The notes under the pieces are model-generated. The model saw nothing but the letters and a program-made list of their open reading frames with translations, was not told where the DNA came from and searched no databases. 64,000 nt of DNA from Minisyncoccota bacterium (GTDB lineage: Bacteria; Patescibacteriota; Minisyncoccia; Phycocordibacterales; XYD1-FULL-46-19): assembly GCA_041649495.1 (NCBI GenBank), contig JBAZMZ010000001.1, positions 623-64,622 on the forward strand, read 5' to 3'. The stretch's first letter is position 1, and every line of letters begins with the position of its first letter. The translations under genes were made by a program, and so were the position numbers. Shown one piece after another: positions 1-9,317 of this stretch.

Positions 1-122
1 AAACCGAGACTAGTTTGTTTTTGCATTTTGTCCGCGCGGACTCCTCCCCAGACCTCTCCTCCGCGCGTGACACATTACCGATTTTGAAAATAGGTTCGGA
101 TTTGGTAGAATAAAGGCACCCA

Positions 123-1640
123 ATGAAAACTTCTTTAAATTATAAAAACTTCTTTAAGGGTAAGAAGATTACTGTCCATGGTTTGGGACTATTGGGGCGG
201 GGGATTGGTGATGTGATTTTTTTGGCGCAACAGGGGGCGGATTTGACGGTGACGGATTTAAAGACAGAAGATCAACTTGCTCTCTCGTTAGCTCAAATTA
301 AAAAAGCTTTAAAACCAGAAGTTTTTAAAAAAATAAAATTCGTGCTCGGTGAACATAAATTAGAAAACTTCAGGAATAAAGATTTTATTCTTAAGGCAGC
401 CGGGGTGCCGATTGATTCAGAATTTATTGAGGAAGCAAAGAAAAATAAAATTCCGATTAAAATGGACGCTTCGTGGCTTGCAGAGTTGGTCGAGGGGGCT
501 TGCCCTGAGCGAAGTCGAAGGGTGAAAATTATTGGCGTCACGGGTACGCGGGGCAAATCAACCGTCACTCACTTGATTTATGAAATTTTAAAGGCTTGGC
601 GACCCGAGGGGAATCCTTTGGGGTCAGTTCAAGGGTTCCCCTCGGGTCGCGTGTTTCTCGGTGGCAACGTGAGAGGTTTAGCCACCTTGCCCTTGCTTAA
701 AAAAGTAAAAAAAGGGGATATCGTGGTCATGGAATTAGATTCTTGGCAATTGCAAGGTTTCGCTGACTCAAAAATCAGCCCAAATATTTCGGTCTTTACG
801 AATTTAATGGTGGATCATCAAAATTATTATGGTTCGACTTCGCTCACCACAAGTTCCAATCCGATGAATCTTTATTTTGCCGATAAAGCAAATATCTATC
901 GCTGGCAAAAAAAGGGAGATTATTTGGTGGCGGGGGGTGAGGTGGCGAAAAGAATTAAATTAGATCTTAAAAAATCAAGGCACGCCCTTGATTGTTTGGG
1001 GCAATTAATTGTGCCGGACGCTGAAATTATCCCAAAAAGTTGGAAGATAAAATTATTGGGTGAACATAATTTATTAAATATTGCTTACGCCGTGACGGTG
1101 GCTAGAATTTTGGATGTGCCAGAAAAAATAATTAAACAAGTCGTTGAGAATTATGCTGGCGTGCCCGGACGCCTGGAATTTTTGCGTGAAGTTAAGGGGG
1201 TAAAATATTATAACGATACCACGGCCACCACGCCAGACGGAGTAATCGCGGCGCTTAAGGCCTTGAACCTGCCCCGACGACGGTCATCGGGAAATTTCCC
1301 GATGACCGTCGTCGGGGCAGGAGCTAAAATTATTCTAATTGGCGGAGGGCGAGATAAAGAGTTAGATTATAAAAAGTACGCGCCGGTGGTCAAAAAATCA
1401 GTTAAAGCCCTCGCCCTATTTCAAGGTACCGCGACTGATAAAATAATTAAAATATTAAATAAAACTAAATTTCCAGTTCAAGTTTTTGATAACATGCCAT
1501 CGGCGTTTACTTGGGCTAATTCGTTTGCTCAAAAAGGGGACATCGTCCTTCTTTCTCCCGGTGCGGCCAGTTTTGGCGTCTTTAAAAATGAGTTTGACCG
1601 CGGGGATCAATTTGTAAATTTGGTTAAAAAAATAAAATAA
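123..1640 (+). CDS. murD: UDP-N-acetylmuramoyl-L-alanine--D-glutamate ligase, carrying five short palindromic insertions
   Basis: GVTGTRGKST P-loop, ELDSWQL, YYNDTTATTP, LLSPGAASF..FKNEFDRG motifs. Confidence 0.95.
   Translation: MKTSLNYKNFFKGKKITVHGLGLLGRGIGDVIFLAQQGADLTVTDLKTEDQLALSLAQIKKALKPEVFKKIKFVLGEHKLENFRNKDFILKAAGVPIDSEFIEEAKKNKIPIKMDASWLAELVEGACPERSRRVKIIGVTGTRGKSTVTHLIYEILKAWRPEGNPLGSVQGFPSGRVFLGGNVRGLATLPLLKKVKKGDIVVMELDSWQLQGFADSKISPNISVFTNLMVDHQNYYGSTSLTTSSNPMNLYFADKANIYRWQKKGDYLVAGGEVAKRIKLDLKKSRHALDCLGQLIVPDAEIIPKSWKIKLLGEHNLLNIAYAVTVARILDVPEKIIKQVVENYAGVPGRLEFLREVKGVKYYNDTTATTPDGVIAALKALNLPRRRSSGNFPMTVVGAGAKIILIGGGRDKELDYKKYAPVVKKSVKALALFQGTATDKIIKILNKTKFPVQVFDNMPSAFTWANSFAQKGDIVLLSPGAASFGVFKNEFDRGDQFVNLVKKIK
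499..522 (-). repeat. 24-nt bulged-hairpin element (family B), in frame, ACPERSRR
   Basis: Reverse complement CCCTTCGACTTCGCTCAGGGCAAG matches the other family B copies. Confidence 0.85.
599..650. repeat. Palindromic doublet element (family A), in murD, PEGNPLGSVQGFPSG
   Basis: GCGACCCGAGGGGAATCCTT-12nt-AAGGGTTCCCCTCGGGTCGC inverted arms; near-identical copies in gatB and pheT. Confidence 0.9.
830..853 (+). repeat. 24-nt family B element, in frame, GSTSLTTS
   Basis: TGGTTCGACTTCGCTCACCACAAG. Confidence 0.85.
973..993. repeat. 21-bp hairpin monomer with 4-5-4 core, in frame in murD
   Basis: AATCAAGG-CACGC-CCTTGATT; nearly the same as the arm of the intergenic doublet at 31019-31068. Confidence 0.7.
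1268..1321. repeat. Perfect 54-bp palindrome in frame in murD (18 codons)
   Basis: CCTGCCCCGACGACGGTCATCGGGAAA|TTTCCCGATGACCGTCGTCGGGGCAGG with no mismatch. Confidence 0.95.
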
Positions 1641-3004
1641 TGGATCTAAAAGAAATTAACCCCTCGACCTTGCTCGGGGCAAGAAAAGTTTATTTTATTG
1701 GCATTGGGGGCATTGGCATGTCAGCGGTGGCAAGGATGTTTACCTTGCGAAGCCTGGGCGGAGGGGGGCTGGTTCAAATATCTGGCTCAGATCGCTCAAA
1801 ATCGCTCGTGACTGAAGAATTAGAAAAATTGGGAATCAAAGTTTTTTACGAACAAAAAGCGGAGAATATTGCTAATGATATTGATTTGGTGATTTATACA
1901 ATTGCGATTACTGAAGATAATCCTGAATTAAGAAAGGCGAGGGAATTGGGGATAAGGTGCTTAACTTATCCCGAAATGCTCGGCGTGATTTCGGACGGCA
2001 AATACACCGTTGCGGTGGCGGGGACGCACGGCAAAACGACCACGACGGCGATGATTGCCGAGATGATGATTGAGGCGGGTTTAGACCCGACGGTGGTGGT
2101 AGGGTCGTTATTGGGGTCGGGCACGAATTTTATCGCTGGTCAGAGCCAATATCTAGTGGTTGAGGCCTGTGAGTATCGACGCTCGTTTTTGAATCTTCAT
2201 CCGACCTTGGCGGTAATAACGAATATCGATAATGATCACTTAGATTACTATAAAGACTTGGCTGATATCCAGTCGGCTTTTGCGGAATTTGCCGGTCGAT
2301 TGCCAAGCGATGGTTATTTGGTTTGTGACGTCAATGATCCACTTTTGGCATCAGCGATAGAATCAGCGAAAAAGAAAGGCGTGCAAATTATTGATTATTC
2401 ACAACTTGGAGGTTTAACCTCCAAGTTGGATTTGCAAGTGCCCGGGAAGCATAATCTCGAAAATGCTAAGGGTGCGCTGGCGGTGGGGGAGGTGTTGGGG
2501 ATTAGCCCCTCGACGATGCTCGGGGCGTTGAACAAGTTCAACGGCACCTGGCGACGGTTTGAGTTTAAGGGTAAGACAAAAGGTGGCGCCTGGGTTTATG
2601 ACGATTACGCTCATCATCCGACCGAAGTTTCGGCGACGATTCAGGCGGGGCGCGAATTTATGAAGAAGAAAGGGTTAGGGGGGAAATTAATTATTGCTTT
2701 TCAACCACATTTATATAGTCGCACTAAATTACTGAAAGAAGATTTTGCACGCGTCTTGGCGCAAGCCGACGAAATTATTTTGGCGCCAATTTACGCAGCG
2801 CGTGAGGCGATTGACCCAGAAATTAATTCGGAAATTTTGGGGAATCTCATTAAGGGCAAAAATGATAAGATTAAAGTCGTAAATAATCTTGAGGAAGTCA
2901 AAAATTATTTGATTGAAAACAACAAAAATGGCGATTTGATTATTACTATGGGGGCGGGGGATATTAGCACAATTGGCGCCCAGTTGGTTGAAGCCAAAGC
3001 CTAA
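1640..3004 (+). CDS. murC: UDP-N-acetylmuramate--L-alanine ligase, with several short insertions
   Basis: GIGGIGMS, GTHGKTTT, VEACEY, DDYAHHPTE, FQPHLYSRT, TMGAGD motifs. Confidence 0.95.
   Translation: MDLKEINPSTLLGARKVYFIGIGGIGMSAVARMFTLRSLGGGGLVQISGSDRSKSLVTEELEKLGIKVFYEQKAENIANDIDLVIYTIAITEDNPELRKARELGIRCLTYPEMLGVISDGKYTVAVAGTHGKTTTTAMIAEMMIEAGLDPTVVVGSLLGSGTNFIAGQSQYLVVEACEYRRSFLNLHPTLAVITNIDNDHLDYYKDLADIQSAFAEFAGRLPSDGYLVCDVNDPLLASAIESAKKKGVQIIDYSQLGGLTSKLDLQVPGKHNLENAKGALAVGEVLGISPSTMLGALNKFNGTWRRFEFKGKTKGGAWVYDDYAHHPTEVSATIQAGREFMKKKGLGGKLIIAFQPHLYSRTKLLKEDFARVLAQADEIILAPIYAAREAIDPEINSEILGNLIKGKNDKIKVVNNLEEVKNYLIENNKNGDLIITMGAGDISTIGAQLVEAKA
1660..1683 (+). repeat. 24-nt family B element, in frame, PSTLLGAR
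   Basis: CCCCTCGACCTTGCTCGGGGCAAG. Confidence 0.85.
2402..2428. repeat. 27-bp hairpin monomer (4-5-4 core GAGG-TTTAA-CCTC), in frame, QLGGLTSKL
   Basis: CAACTTGGAGGT-TTA-ACCTCCAAGTTG; sister copy in rnhB. Confidence 0.85.
2505..2526 (+). repeat. Family B element lacking the CAAG foot, PSTMLGA
   Basis: GCCCCTCGACGATGCTCGGGGC. Confidence 0.7.
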
Positions 3005-3025
3005 ATTTGCTATAATCAAACCCAT

Positions 3026-3253
3026 ATGAATATGCGACATATTGTTTGGCGTAATCGGGCGAGCGCTATTTTAGGGCTAGTGGTGATGATCGTTCCCTTC
3101 ACCGGTTTTCCGGAGGGAATGAAAGAGTCGTTAATTATTTTAGCTGGCTTTCTGATTGTTATTTTTGGTTTTTCCCGAAGCTATAATAGTTACGCTTACT
3201 CAGGCGAAGAAAAGAAGCCCGTCGCGGTTGATACTCCAACCGAGCCCCATTAA
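3026..3253 (+). CDS. Small two-TM membrane protein
   Basis: Two hydrophobic segments around PFTGFP; TGCTATAAT just upstream. Confidence 0.7.
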   Translation: MNMRHIVWRNRASAILGLVVMIVPFTGFPEGMKESLIILAGFLIVIFGFSRSYNSYAYSGEEKKPVAVDTPTEPH

Positions 3254-3255
3254 CA

Positions 3256-4458
3256 ATGTCCCAACCAATTTCCAGACGAAACGGTTTAGCTTTATCAGCC
3301 GTTGTTTTAACGGTTTTTGTGGCGGGCCTGATTTCTTTCGCTACATTTTCTTCTCTGGGGGCGATTGCTTCGCCGGCTAGCTTCTTGATGGAAAAAAGTG
3401 AGAGAGCTTCGAGCTCTGATCCCGCTCAATTATCTCTTCCGTCAACTATTGTTTCGCATCAAGCTCCACCCAAACCTCTGCATGCGGTTTATATGTCGAG
3501 CTGGGTGGCTGGCACACCAGAGGTGAGGAAAAAATTATTAGAACGACTCGAAGGAACAAATATCAACACCATCGTGATTGATGTTAAAGATTCTTCGGGA
3601 AAAATTGTGGTGAAGTTAAACGCCCCCGCGCTGGCCAAATACGAATCGTTCGATAGCCATGTCTCGGACATTGTGGCTTTTGTCGCCGAGCTCCATCAAA
3701 AAGGTTTTTATGTGATCGGTCACATCTCCGTTTTCCAAGATAATTACCTAACGCGTCGACGATCTGATCTGGCTATTCAGCGTTTGGATACCGGTCAGAT
3801 TTGGGAAGACAAAAAGGGTTTGGCCTGGCTTGATCCGAGTTCGCGCGAAGTTTGGGACTACGCGGTGGCCGTGGCCAAGGAGGCCTACGTGGCCGGTTTT
3901 GACGAATTGAATTTTGATTATGTGCGGTTTCCGTCTGACGGCGAGATTTCTCAAATGCGTTTTCCTTATTATGACGCGCAAGAAAAAACTAAATCAGAGG
4001 TGATCGAAGAATTTTTTAGTTATCTCCACGATCAAATGCAGAGTATTGGGGCGCTCACTTCGGCCAATTTGTTTGGGCTGACGACGACTAACATTGATGA
4101 TTTAGGGATCGGTCAAATTTTAGAAAAGGCGACCCCATATTTTGATTTTATTTGCCCGATGGTTTATCCCTCGCATTATCCAGCCGGTTGGCGCGGTTAC
4201 CATAATCCAGCCAAAGCGCCCTACCAAGTGATTAAAATCTCGCTCGATTCGGCAGTCAAAAGGCTTAACGCTCAAGGTCTCCCGGCCGAAAAACTTCGCC
4301 CCTGGCTTCAAGATTTCAATTTGGGCGCGATTTATACGGCCAGTCTGATTAAGGCCGAAATCAAAGCGGTTAACGATGCCGGCCTCGACTCTTGGCTGAT
4401 GTGGGACCCTAAGAATAAATACACCATTAGTGTCTATCGCCAGACCGACGCGAATTAG
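3256..4458 (+). CDS. Membrane-anchored putative glycoside hydrolase (DUF4015-like TIM barrel)
   Basis: N-terminal TM; IVIDVKD, GFDELNFDYVRFP, PMVYPSHY, RPWLQDF motifs. Confidence 0.75.
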   Translation: MSQPISRRNGLALSAVVLTVFVAGLISFATFSSLGAIASPASFLMEKSERASSSDPAQLSLPSTIVSHQAPPKPLHAVYMSSWVAGTPEVRKKLLERLEGTNINTIVIDVKDSSGKIVVKLNAPALAKYESFDSHVSDIVAFVAELHQKGFYVIGHISVFQDNYLTRRRSDLAIQRLDTGQIWEDKKGLAWLDPSSREVWDYAVAVAKEAYVAGFDELNFDYVRFPSDGEISQMRFPYYDAQEKTKSEVIEEFFSYLHDQMQSIGALTSANLFGLTTTNIDDLGIGQILEKATPYFDFICPMVYPSHYPAGWRGYHNPAKAPYQVIKISLDSAVKRLNAQGLPAEKLRPWLQDFNLGAIYTASLIKAEIKAVNDAGLDSWLMWDPKNKYTISVYRQTDAN

Positions 4459-4476
4459 GTATAATAGTAAATAGCT

Positions 4477-6180
4477 ATGGCCGAGACGATAATTAATTAT
4501 TTTGCTCAGACTGATTTTCGCGGGAAGAGAATTCCGTTTGGGATTAAGGGTGATGATCGAGCGCGCCATGTTTATGTGATTGGTAAGACGGGCATGGGCA
4601 AGTCTTGTTTGTTGGAGAATATGGCGGTGCAGGATATCCAAAATGGTGAGGGGATGGCCTTCATCGATCCACACGGCAAATCGGCTGAATTATTACTTGA
4701 TTTTGTGCCACCCGAACGACTCAAAGATGTTATATATTTCGCACCCTTTGATCTTGAGCACCCAATTTCTTTTAATGTGATGGAAGATGTGGGTCCGGAC
4801 CAGCGTCACTTGGTGGCGAATGGTTTAATGTCCTCGTTTAAGAAAATTTGGCCAGATGTTTGGTCGAGCCGAATGGAGTACATTTTAAATAATTGTTTAC
4901 TGGCACTTTTAGAATATCCTGACTCGACTCTTTTGGGGGTGAATCGTTTGTTGTCAGACAAAGACTATCGCAAACAAGTGGTTGATAATATTACCGACCC
5001 GTCGGTGCGATCGTTTTGGCTTGATGAATTTGCCAAGTATAACGAACGCTATATGCAGGAGGCGGGCGACGCGATTAAGAACAAGATCGGGCAATTTACG
5101 GCTAACCCCTTGATTCGTAATATTATCGGTCAAACCAAGTCCTCATTTGATTTGCGCGAGGCGATGGACAGCAAAAAGATTTTGATTGTTAACCTGTCAA
5201 AAGGGCAATTGGGTGAGCAAAACGCCAATCTCTTGGGCGGTATTTTAATTACCAAGATTTATTTGGCGGCGATGTCGCGAGCGGGCGTGGGGGCGGGGAT
5301 TTCGAAATTGCCCTACTTTTATGTTTTTATCGATGAGTTTCAATCTTTTGTCAACGATTCGTTTGCTGATATTTTGTCCGAGGCGCGCAAATATAAATTA
5401 AGTTTGACGATTGCTCATCAATATATTGAACAGATGCCAGAGGAGGTGCGGAACGCGGTTTTTGGCAACATTGGCACGACCATTGCTTTTCGGGTCGGCC
5501 CATTTGATGCCGAAGTGTTGGAGAAAATCTTTTTACCGACCTTTACGCAAGAAGACCTCGTCAATTTGGGTTTTGCTCAAATTTATTTAACGCTGATGAT
5601 TAACGGGGTTGGCTCGCCACCTTTTTCGGCCGTGACCTTGCCCCCAATTGTGTCGACGACCGCGTCGATTAAAGATCAAATCATCAAGTCTTCGCAGAAA
5701 AATTATGCTAGTCCGCGGGAATTGGTGGAGACAAAAATTACAACTTGGTTTGAACCGGTGGTTAAATTTACCGCTAAATCAGAGCCGAAAAAATCAGAAA
5801 ACTCAAAAACACCTCAAACTTTTCAATCGAGTTTGCCTCTCGCAAAGACGACTAAGGCGGTTTCAAAACCCGTCGCGACTCCGGTTACGAAATCAGCGCC
5901 CAAACCATTAGCTAAGCCGGCGCCTCCCAAAGCTTTTTCGTTGAGCATCTTGAAAAATAAAGCGCAAAGTTCTAACCCCTCGACTCCGCTCGGGGCAAGT
6001 AAAAATAAAGACGAGCTCAAAGCCTTTTTGGGCGAAATTATGGCCAACAAAAAACCCAAAACTGTTTCAGCTTCCTCAACTTCTAATCCGTCAGTCAGAT
6101 CAAATTCTCAACCTGACCCCAAAAAAGAAATTCCCCAAGATGTCCTCGAAGATCTATTAGCCGTTAAGCCGGGAGAGTAA
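4477..6180 (+). CDS. VirD4/TrwB/HerA-like secretion-coupling ATPase with low-complexity C-tail
   Basis: Walker A GKTGMGKS, FIDPHG, Walker B FIDEFQ, SEARKY, AHQYIEQ. Confidence 0.85.
   Translation: MAETIINYFAQTDFRGKRIPFGIKGDDRARHVYVIGKTGMGKSCLLENMAVQDIQNGEGMAFIDPHGKSAELLLDFVPPERLKDVIYFAPFDLEHPISFNVMEDVGPDQRHLVANGLMSSFKKIWPDVWSSRMEYILNNCLLALLEYPDSTLLGVNRLLSDKDYRKQVVDNITDPSVRSFWLDEFAKYNERYMQEAGDAIKNKIGQFTANPLIRNIIGQTKSSFDLREAMDSKKILIVNLSKGQLGEQNANLLGGILITKIYLAAMSRAGVGAGISKLPYFYVFIDEFQSFVNDSFADILSEARKYKLSLTIAHQYIEQMPEEVRNAVFGNIGTTIAFRVGPFDAEVLEKIFLPTFTQEDLVNLGFAQIYLTLMINGVGSPPFSAVTLPPIVSTTASIKDQIIKSSQKNYASPRELVETKITTWFEPVVKFTAKSEPKKSENSKTPQTFQSSLPLAKTTKAVSKPVATPVTKSAPKPLAKPAPPKAFSLSILKNKAQSSNPSTPLGASKNKDELKAFLGEIMANKKPKTVSASSTSNPSVRSNSQPDPKKEIPQDVLEDLLAVKPGE
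5976..5999 (+). repeat. 24-nt family B element, in frame, PSTPLGAS
   Basis: CCCCTCGACTCCGCTCGGGGCAAG. Confidence 0.85.
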
Positions 6181-6960
6181 TTTAGCTAACTCTAGGCGGA
6201 CAAAGCGACGAATTAAAGCGTAAGAAAAACCCGGATAAAACTCTCGGTATTTTTTGACTAGGTTTAAATTTTCCATCATTAATCTAAGTCGATCGGTGTT
6301 TGAAATATTCGAACCGTGCTGACGATAATTGAGATCGTAAGAGGGAAGATTATGGAGTTTGCCTTTTTGACCCAATTTGAGCCATAAATCATAGTCCTCA
6401 ATGCCGTTTAGGTTCGGATGATAACCATTTACAGACCGGGCAATATCTCGTCGATAAAGGATGCTCGAGTGGGCGAAAGGATTTTTTGCTAAAATTTGTA
6501 CCCTAATTTGCCCGTCTTGTTCTGGGTTGAGATAGCGTTTTCGTTCTTGATTATTCTGGTCGATAACAATTACTCCTGTACCAACGGCGACATAATTGGG
6601 GTGATCGTCGAGAAAATCAATTTGTTTTTTTAGTTTATCTGGGCTGTTCCAAATATCATCACTATCCAAAATAGCGACATATTTGCCTCGAGACTCTTGA
6701 AGGGCACGATTTCGCGAGGCACAAATGCCTAAATTTCTTTCATTTTTGAAATAACGAATTCTTGCATCAGTAAGATATTTTTTAACAATTTCTTCTGTTT
6801 GGTCGGTTGAGCCATCGTCGACAATAATTATTTCCCAATGGGTAAAGCTTTGGGCTAAGACGCTTTCAATTGTTTGAGCAATAAAATTGGCTCGATTATA
6901 AGTAATAATATTAACACTGACTTTTATTTGGGGCTCTAATTTCGTGGTAATTTGGTCCAT
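6157..6960 (-). CDS. Glycosyltransferase family 2
   Basis: VSVNIITYN, IVDDGSTD, LDSDD, EDYDLW. Confidence 0.9.
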   Translation of the reverse strand: MDQITTKLEPQIKVSVNIITYNRANFIAQTIESVLAQSFTHWEIIIVDDGSTDQTEEIVKKYLTDARIRYFKNERNLGICASRNRALQESRGKYVAILDSDDIWNSPDKLKKQIDFLDDHPNYVAVGTGVIVIDQNNQERKRYLNPEQDGQIRVQILAKNPFAHSSILYRRDIARSVNGYHPNLNGIEDYDLWLKLGQKGKLHNLPSYDLNYRQHGSNISNTDRLRLMMENLNLVKKYREFYPGFSYALIRRFVRLELAKLLSRLNG

Positions 6961-7826
6961 GTTGGGGGGATAATATCATCTATTTTGATACTACCATTAT
7001 TAAACCAGATGTCTGGCGCAATAACAATCTTGTTGGGATTTTCGTTGAGCCAAGCGCCCCACCAAGAGAAACTTGAATTAGCGATAATATTATGTTTACA
7101 CTTACTCATCAAAACTAGTTCCTGGTAATCAGTCAGTTCTTTCTCTTGTTTATTTTCCGAAACATAAGTTACTAGATGGCTATTAAATTTCATATTAGCC
7201 TTAACCCAATCAACATCATCACTAAATACAAAGAAAGCTGGATTCTCAATCTTTGTTTCAATTAACTCAATGGCTTTTTTGTAATAATTTGCCGAACAGA
7301 TTCCTAACCCTTTTAAATTAGTTGTCAAAAGGTAGTCGGTCCTTCGGACGGCAAGCGAGACAGAGTTGGTAGTTGTTATCTGATTCAATAGTTCAGGATT
7401 TGTTTGGTCAAGAGGGGTCTTGAGAGTAAAATCTTTTTGGATGACTTCTTTGATATCAGAAAAGTACTTGAAACTTTGCCAATAGCCGTCTAAATAGATA
7501 TCTTTACCCTGGGCCATCTCTTTTTTTATTCTGCTAATTACCCGAGGTTCCCAGCCGGTGTGGTGAACTCGTAGGATTTTAAATTTGAAACCGCGCCAGG
7601 CTTTGGATGCCAAACCAAGAGAGTATTTATTTTTTTTAATTTCTTGGTGGTTAGCAAAGTTCTCTTCGATAGCAAAAACTTTTAATCCGTAAGCGCGAAA
7701 ATGCTCTCGATCGTAGCCAGTTCGATCTAATTTTAGCCCCGTCTTTTGGGTGACAGCTAATTCTCGTCCCAAAGCATATTGAAACATTTGATTGCCGAGC
7801 CCGCCTTTTAAATTGACGGTAATCAT
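6936..7826 (-). CDS. Alpha-1,2-fucosyltransferase-like (GT11)
   Basis: GGLGNQMFQYA, GYWQS, VRRTDY, IIANSSFSWWGAWL. Confidence 0.9.
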   Translation of the reverse strand: MITVNLKGGLGNQMFQYALGRELAVTQKTGLKLDRTGYDREHFRAYGLKVFAIEENFANHQEIKKNKYSLGLASKAWRGFKFKILRVHHTGWEPRVISRIKKEMAQGKDIYLDGYWQSFKYFSDIKEVIQKDFTLKTPLDQTNPELLNQITTTNSVSLAVRRTDYLLTTNLKGLGICSANYYKKAIELIETKIENPAFFVFSDDVDWVKANMKFNSHLVTYVSENKQEKELTDYQELVLMSKCKHNIIANSSFSWWGAWLNENPNKIVIAPDIWFNNGSIKIDDIIPPTWTKLPRN

Positions 7827-8584
7827 TTTTCCGTCGATATTTTAAAGCTGATAATAATCTCCTCATTTTTATTAAGTACTTTTTTCCAATTTGGTTTTAA
7901 ATCTTGGTGAAAAAAATAATCTCCATTACCCATTATCCTCTGTATTTTAAAGCCGGTCTGCTTGGTAATTAATTCAATTTGCCAATAGGGCAGGGGATTA
8001 ATATGATATTCAAAACAGTCGGGGGTGAACCAGGGAAAATATCCTGTTAACCAAAATTTTAAACGACTTCTCGTTGATAAAATATTTGGCGTACTAATAA
8101 TAAAAAGCCCGTCTGGTTTGAGCATTCTTCTTGCTTGTCGGAAAAATTCCCAGGGATTTTCTAGGTGCTCGATGATTTCTTGGCCGACAATTATATCGAA
8201 GGATTGCTCGAGAAAAGGGTAAGGAAAATGATTCAAATCCCAGATTGAATTTTTTTTGTCAACTTTGGTTGACGCAATATCTACATTAGAGACGTTATAA
8301 CCCAAAAGTTCAAAAATCGTCGAGACCTGGCCAGTTCCGCCCCCTAGATTAAGAAGTTTCTTTTTTTGGTTGTTTATGCTCAACTCTCTCGTGATTGTCT
8401 CTATGACACCGGGTGAGGCATGACAATAAAGGGAATCAACTAAATATCTGCGCCAACCATAGAAGAAACTTCTCTCTTCGTGTCGAAATTGTTTTTTTAA
8501 ATTGACAACTAGATCATCGGTCGGTGCTTCAATGTTTAAAAGGCCTGTTCTCTTAAGCCAATTTTTAATAAGATTATTTTTCAT
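7823..8584 (-). CDS. Class I SAM-dependent methyltransferase
   Basis: LLNLGGGTG, EIIEHLENP, LKPDG..ISTPN. Confidence 0.8.
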   Translation of the reverse strand: MKNNLIKNWLKRTGLLNIEAPTDDLVVNLKKQFRHEERSFFYGWRRYLVDSLYCHASPGVIETITRELSINNQKKKLLNLGGGTGQVSTIFELLGYNVSNVDIASTKVDKKNSIWDLNHFPYPFLEQSFDIIVGQEIIEHLENPWEFFRQARRMLKPDGLFIISTPNILSTRSRLKFWLTGYFPWFTPDCFEYHINPLPYWQIELITKQTGFKIQRIMGNGDYFFHQDLKPNWKKVLNKNEEIIISFKISTEK

Positions 8585-9317
8585 GTTGTTTTGTTGCTAT
8601 TATAACATAGTCAAGAGTTAGCCAACGTTTATTGGTTAGCCAGTCAAGGAATAGTGAAATAATTTGAATTGGCCCCAAAATAAAAATAGACAGGGTGATT
8701 TTTAGGATGGTGTTTCTAAAAGCTAAGCTTTCAAAGACAAAGGCGGAAAATATCTGTCCTAAAACACCAAAGATTCCAGTTGTTTGAGTCAAGCTGGAGA
8801 TTTCGAGACCGTTTTGAGTTAGTAATTGTTCTAACCCATATCGAGTAAAACGGTAAAAATCATAAGGAATCTCATGTTCGTTCCAAACAAAGGGTGTCGT
8901 GATAAAAACTTGCCCATCTGTTTTTAGGGTCCGAGCCATTTCGTTTAGTAATTTTGCTGGTTCGGGGGTGTGTTCTAGAACTTGAGTACACAGAATTACT
9001 TCAAATTGATTGTCTGGGAAGGGGATATGCACGCCGTCAAAAAATTTATCAACCGTTTTCTCTTGATCGGTATGTCCACCCCCTTCAATATCTATTCCTT
9101 GGTAAGAAGAAGATAGAAAAAGGTTCTTATACGGCTTATTGCCACAGCCGACATCTAATATTTTAGAATTATGGGGGACTACTCTAGAGAATTTTCTGAT
9201 CTGGCAATAAAGGGCTCTTCGGCTAATAAAATACGGATTTAAAAAAATTGAGTACCAACTGGGTCGAAAAAAGATGGCCTCAATAATCTGCTTCTTGTTT
9301 TTTCTAAGATCGATCAT
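8574..9317 (-). CDS. Class I SAM-dependent methyltransferase
   Basis: ILDVGCG, QVLEH, HEIPYDFYRFT. Confidence 0.85.
   Translation of the reverse strand: MIDLRKNKKQIIEAIFFRPSWYSIFLNPYFISRRALYCQIRKFSRVVPHNSKILDVGCGNKPYKNLFLSSSYQGIDIEGGGHTDQEKTVDKFFDGVHIPFPDNQFEVILCTQVLEHTPEPAKLLNEMARTLKTDGQVFITTPFVWNEHEIPYDFYRFTRYGLEQLLTQNGLEISSLTQTTGIFGVLGQIFSAFVFESLAFRNTILKITLSIFILGPIQIISLFLDWLTNKRWLTLDYVIIATKQHEK

Noticed and set aside
29-72. GC hairpin with a C-rich loop upstream of murD
   Set aside because: At the window edge with no context; cannot be classified.
3403-3417. AGAGC-TTCGA-GCTCT mini-hairpin
   Set aside because: It fits the 4-5-4 pattern, but a 5-bp stem is expected by chance.
4477-6180. 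Conjugative element suggested by the VirD4-like ATPase
   Set aside because: No relaxase, other T4SS genes or integrase nearby; such solitary ATPases are common chromosomal genes in CPR.
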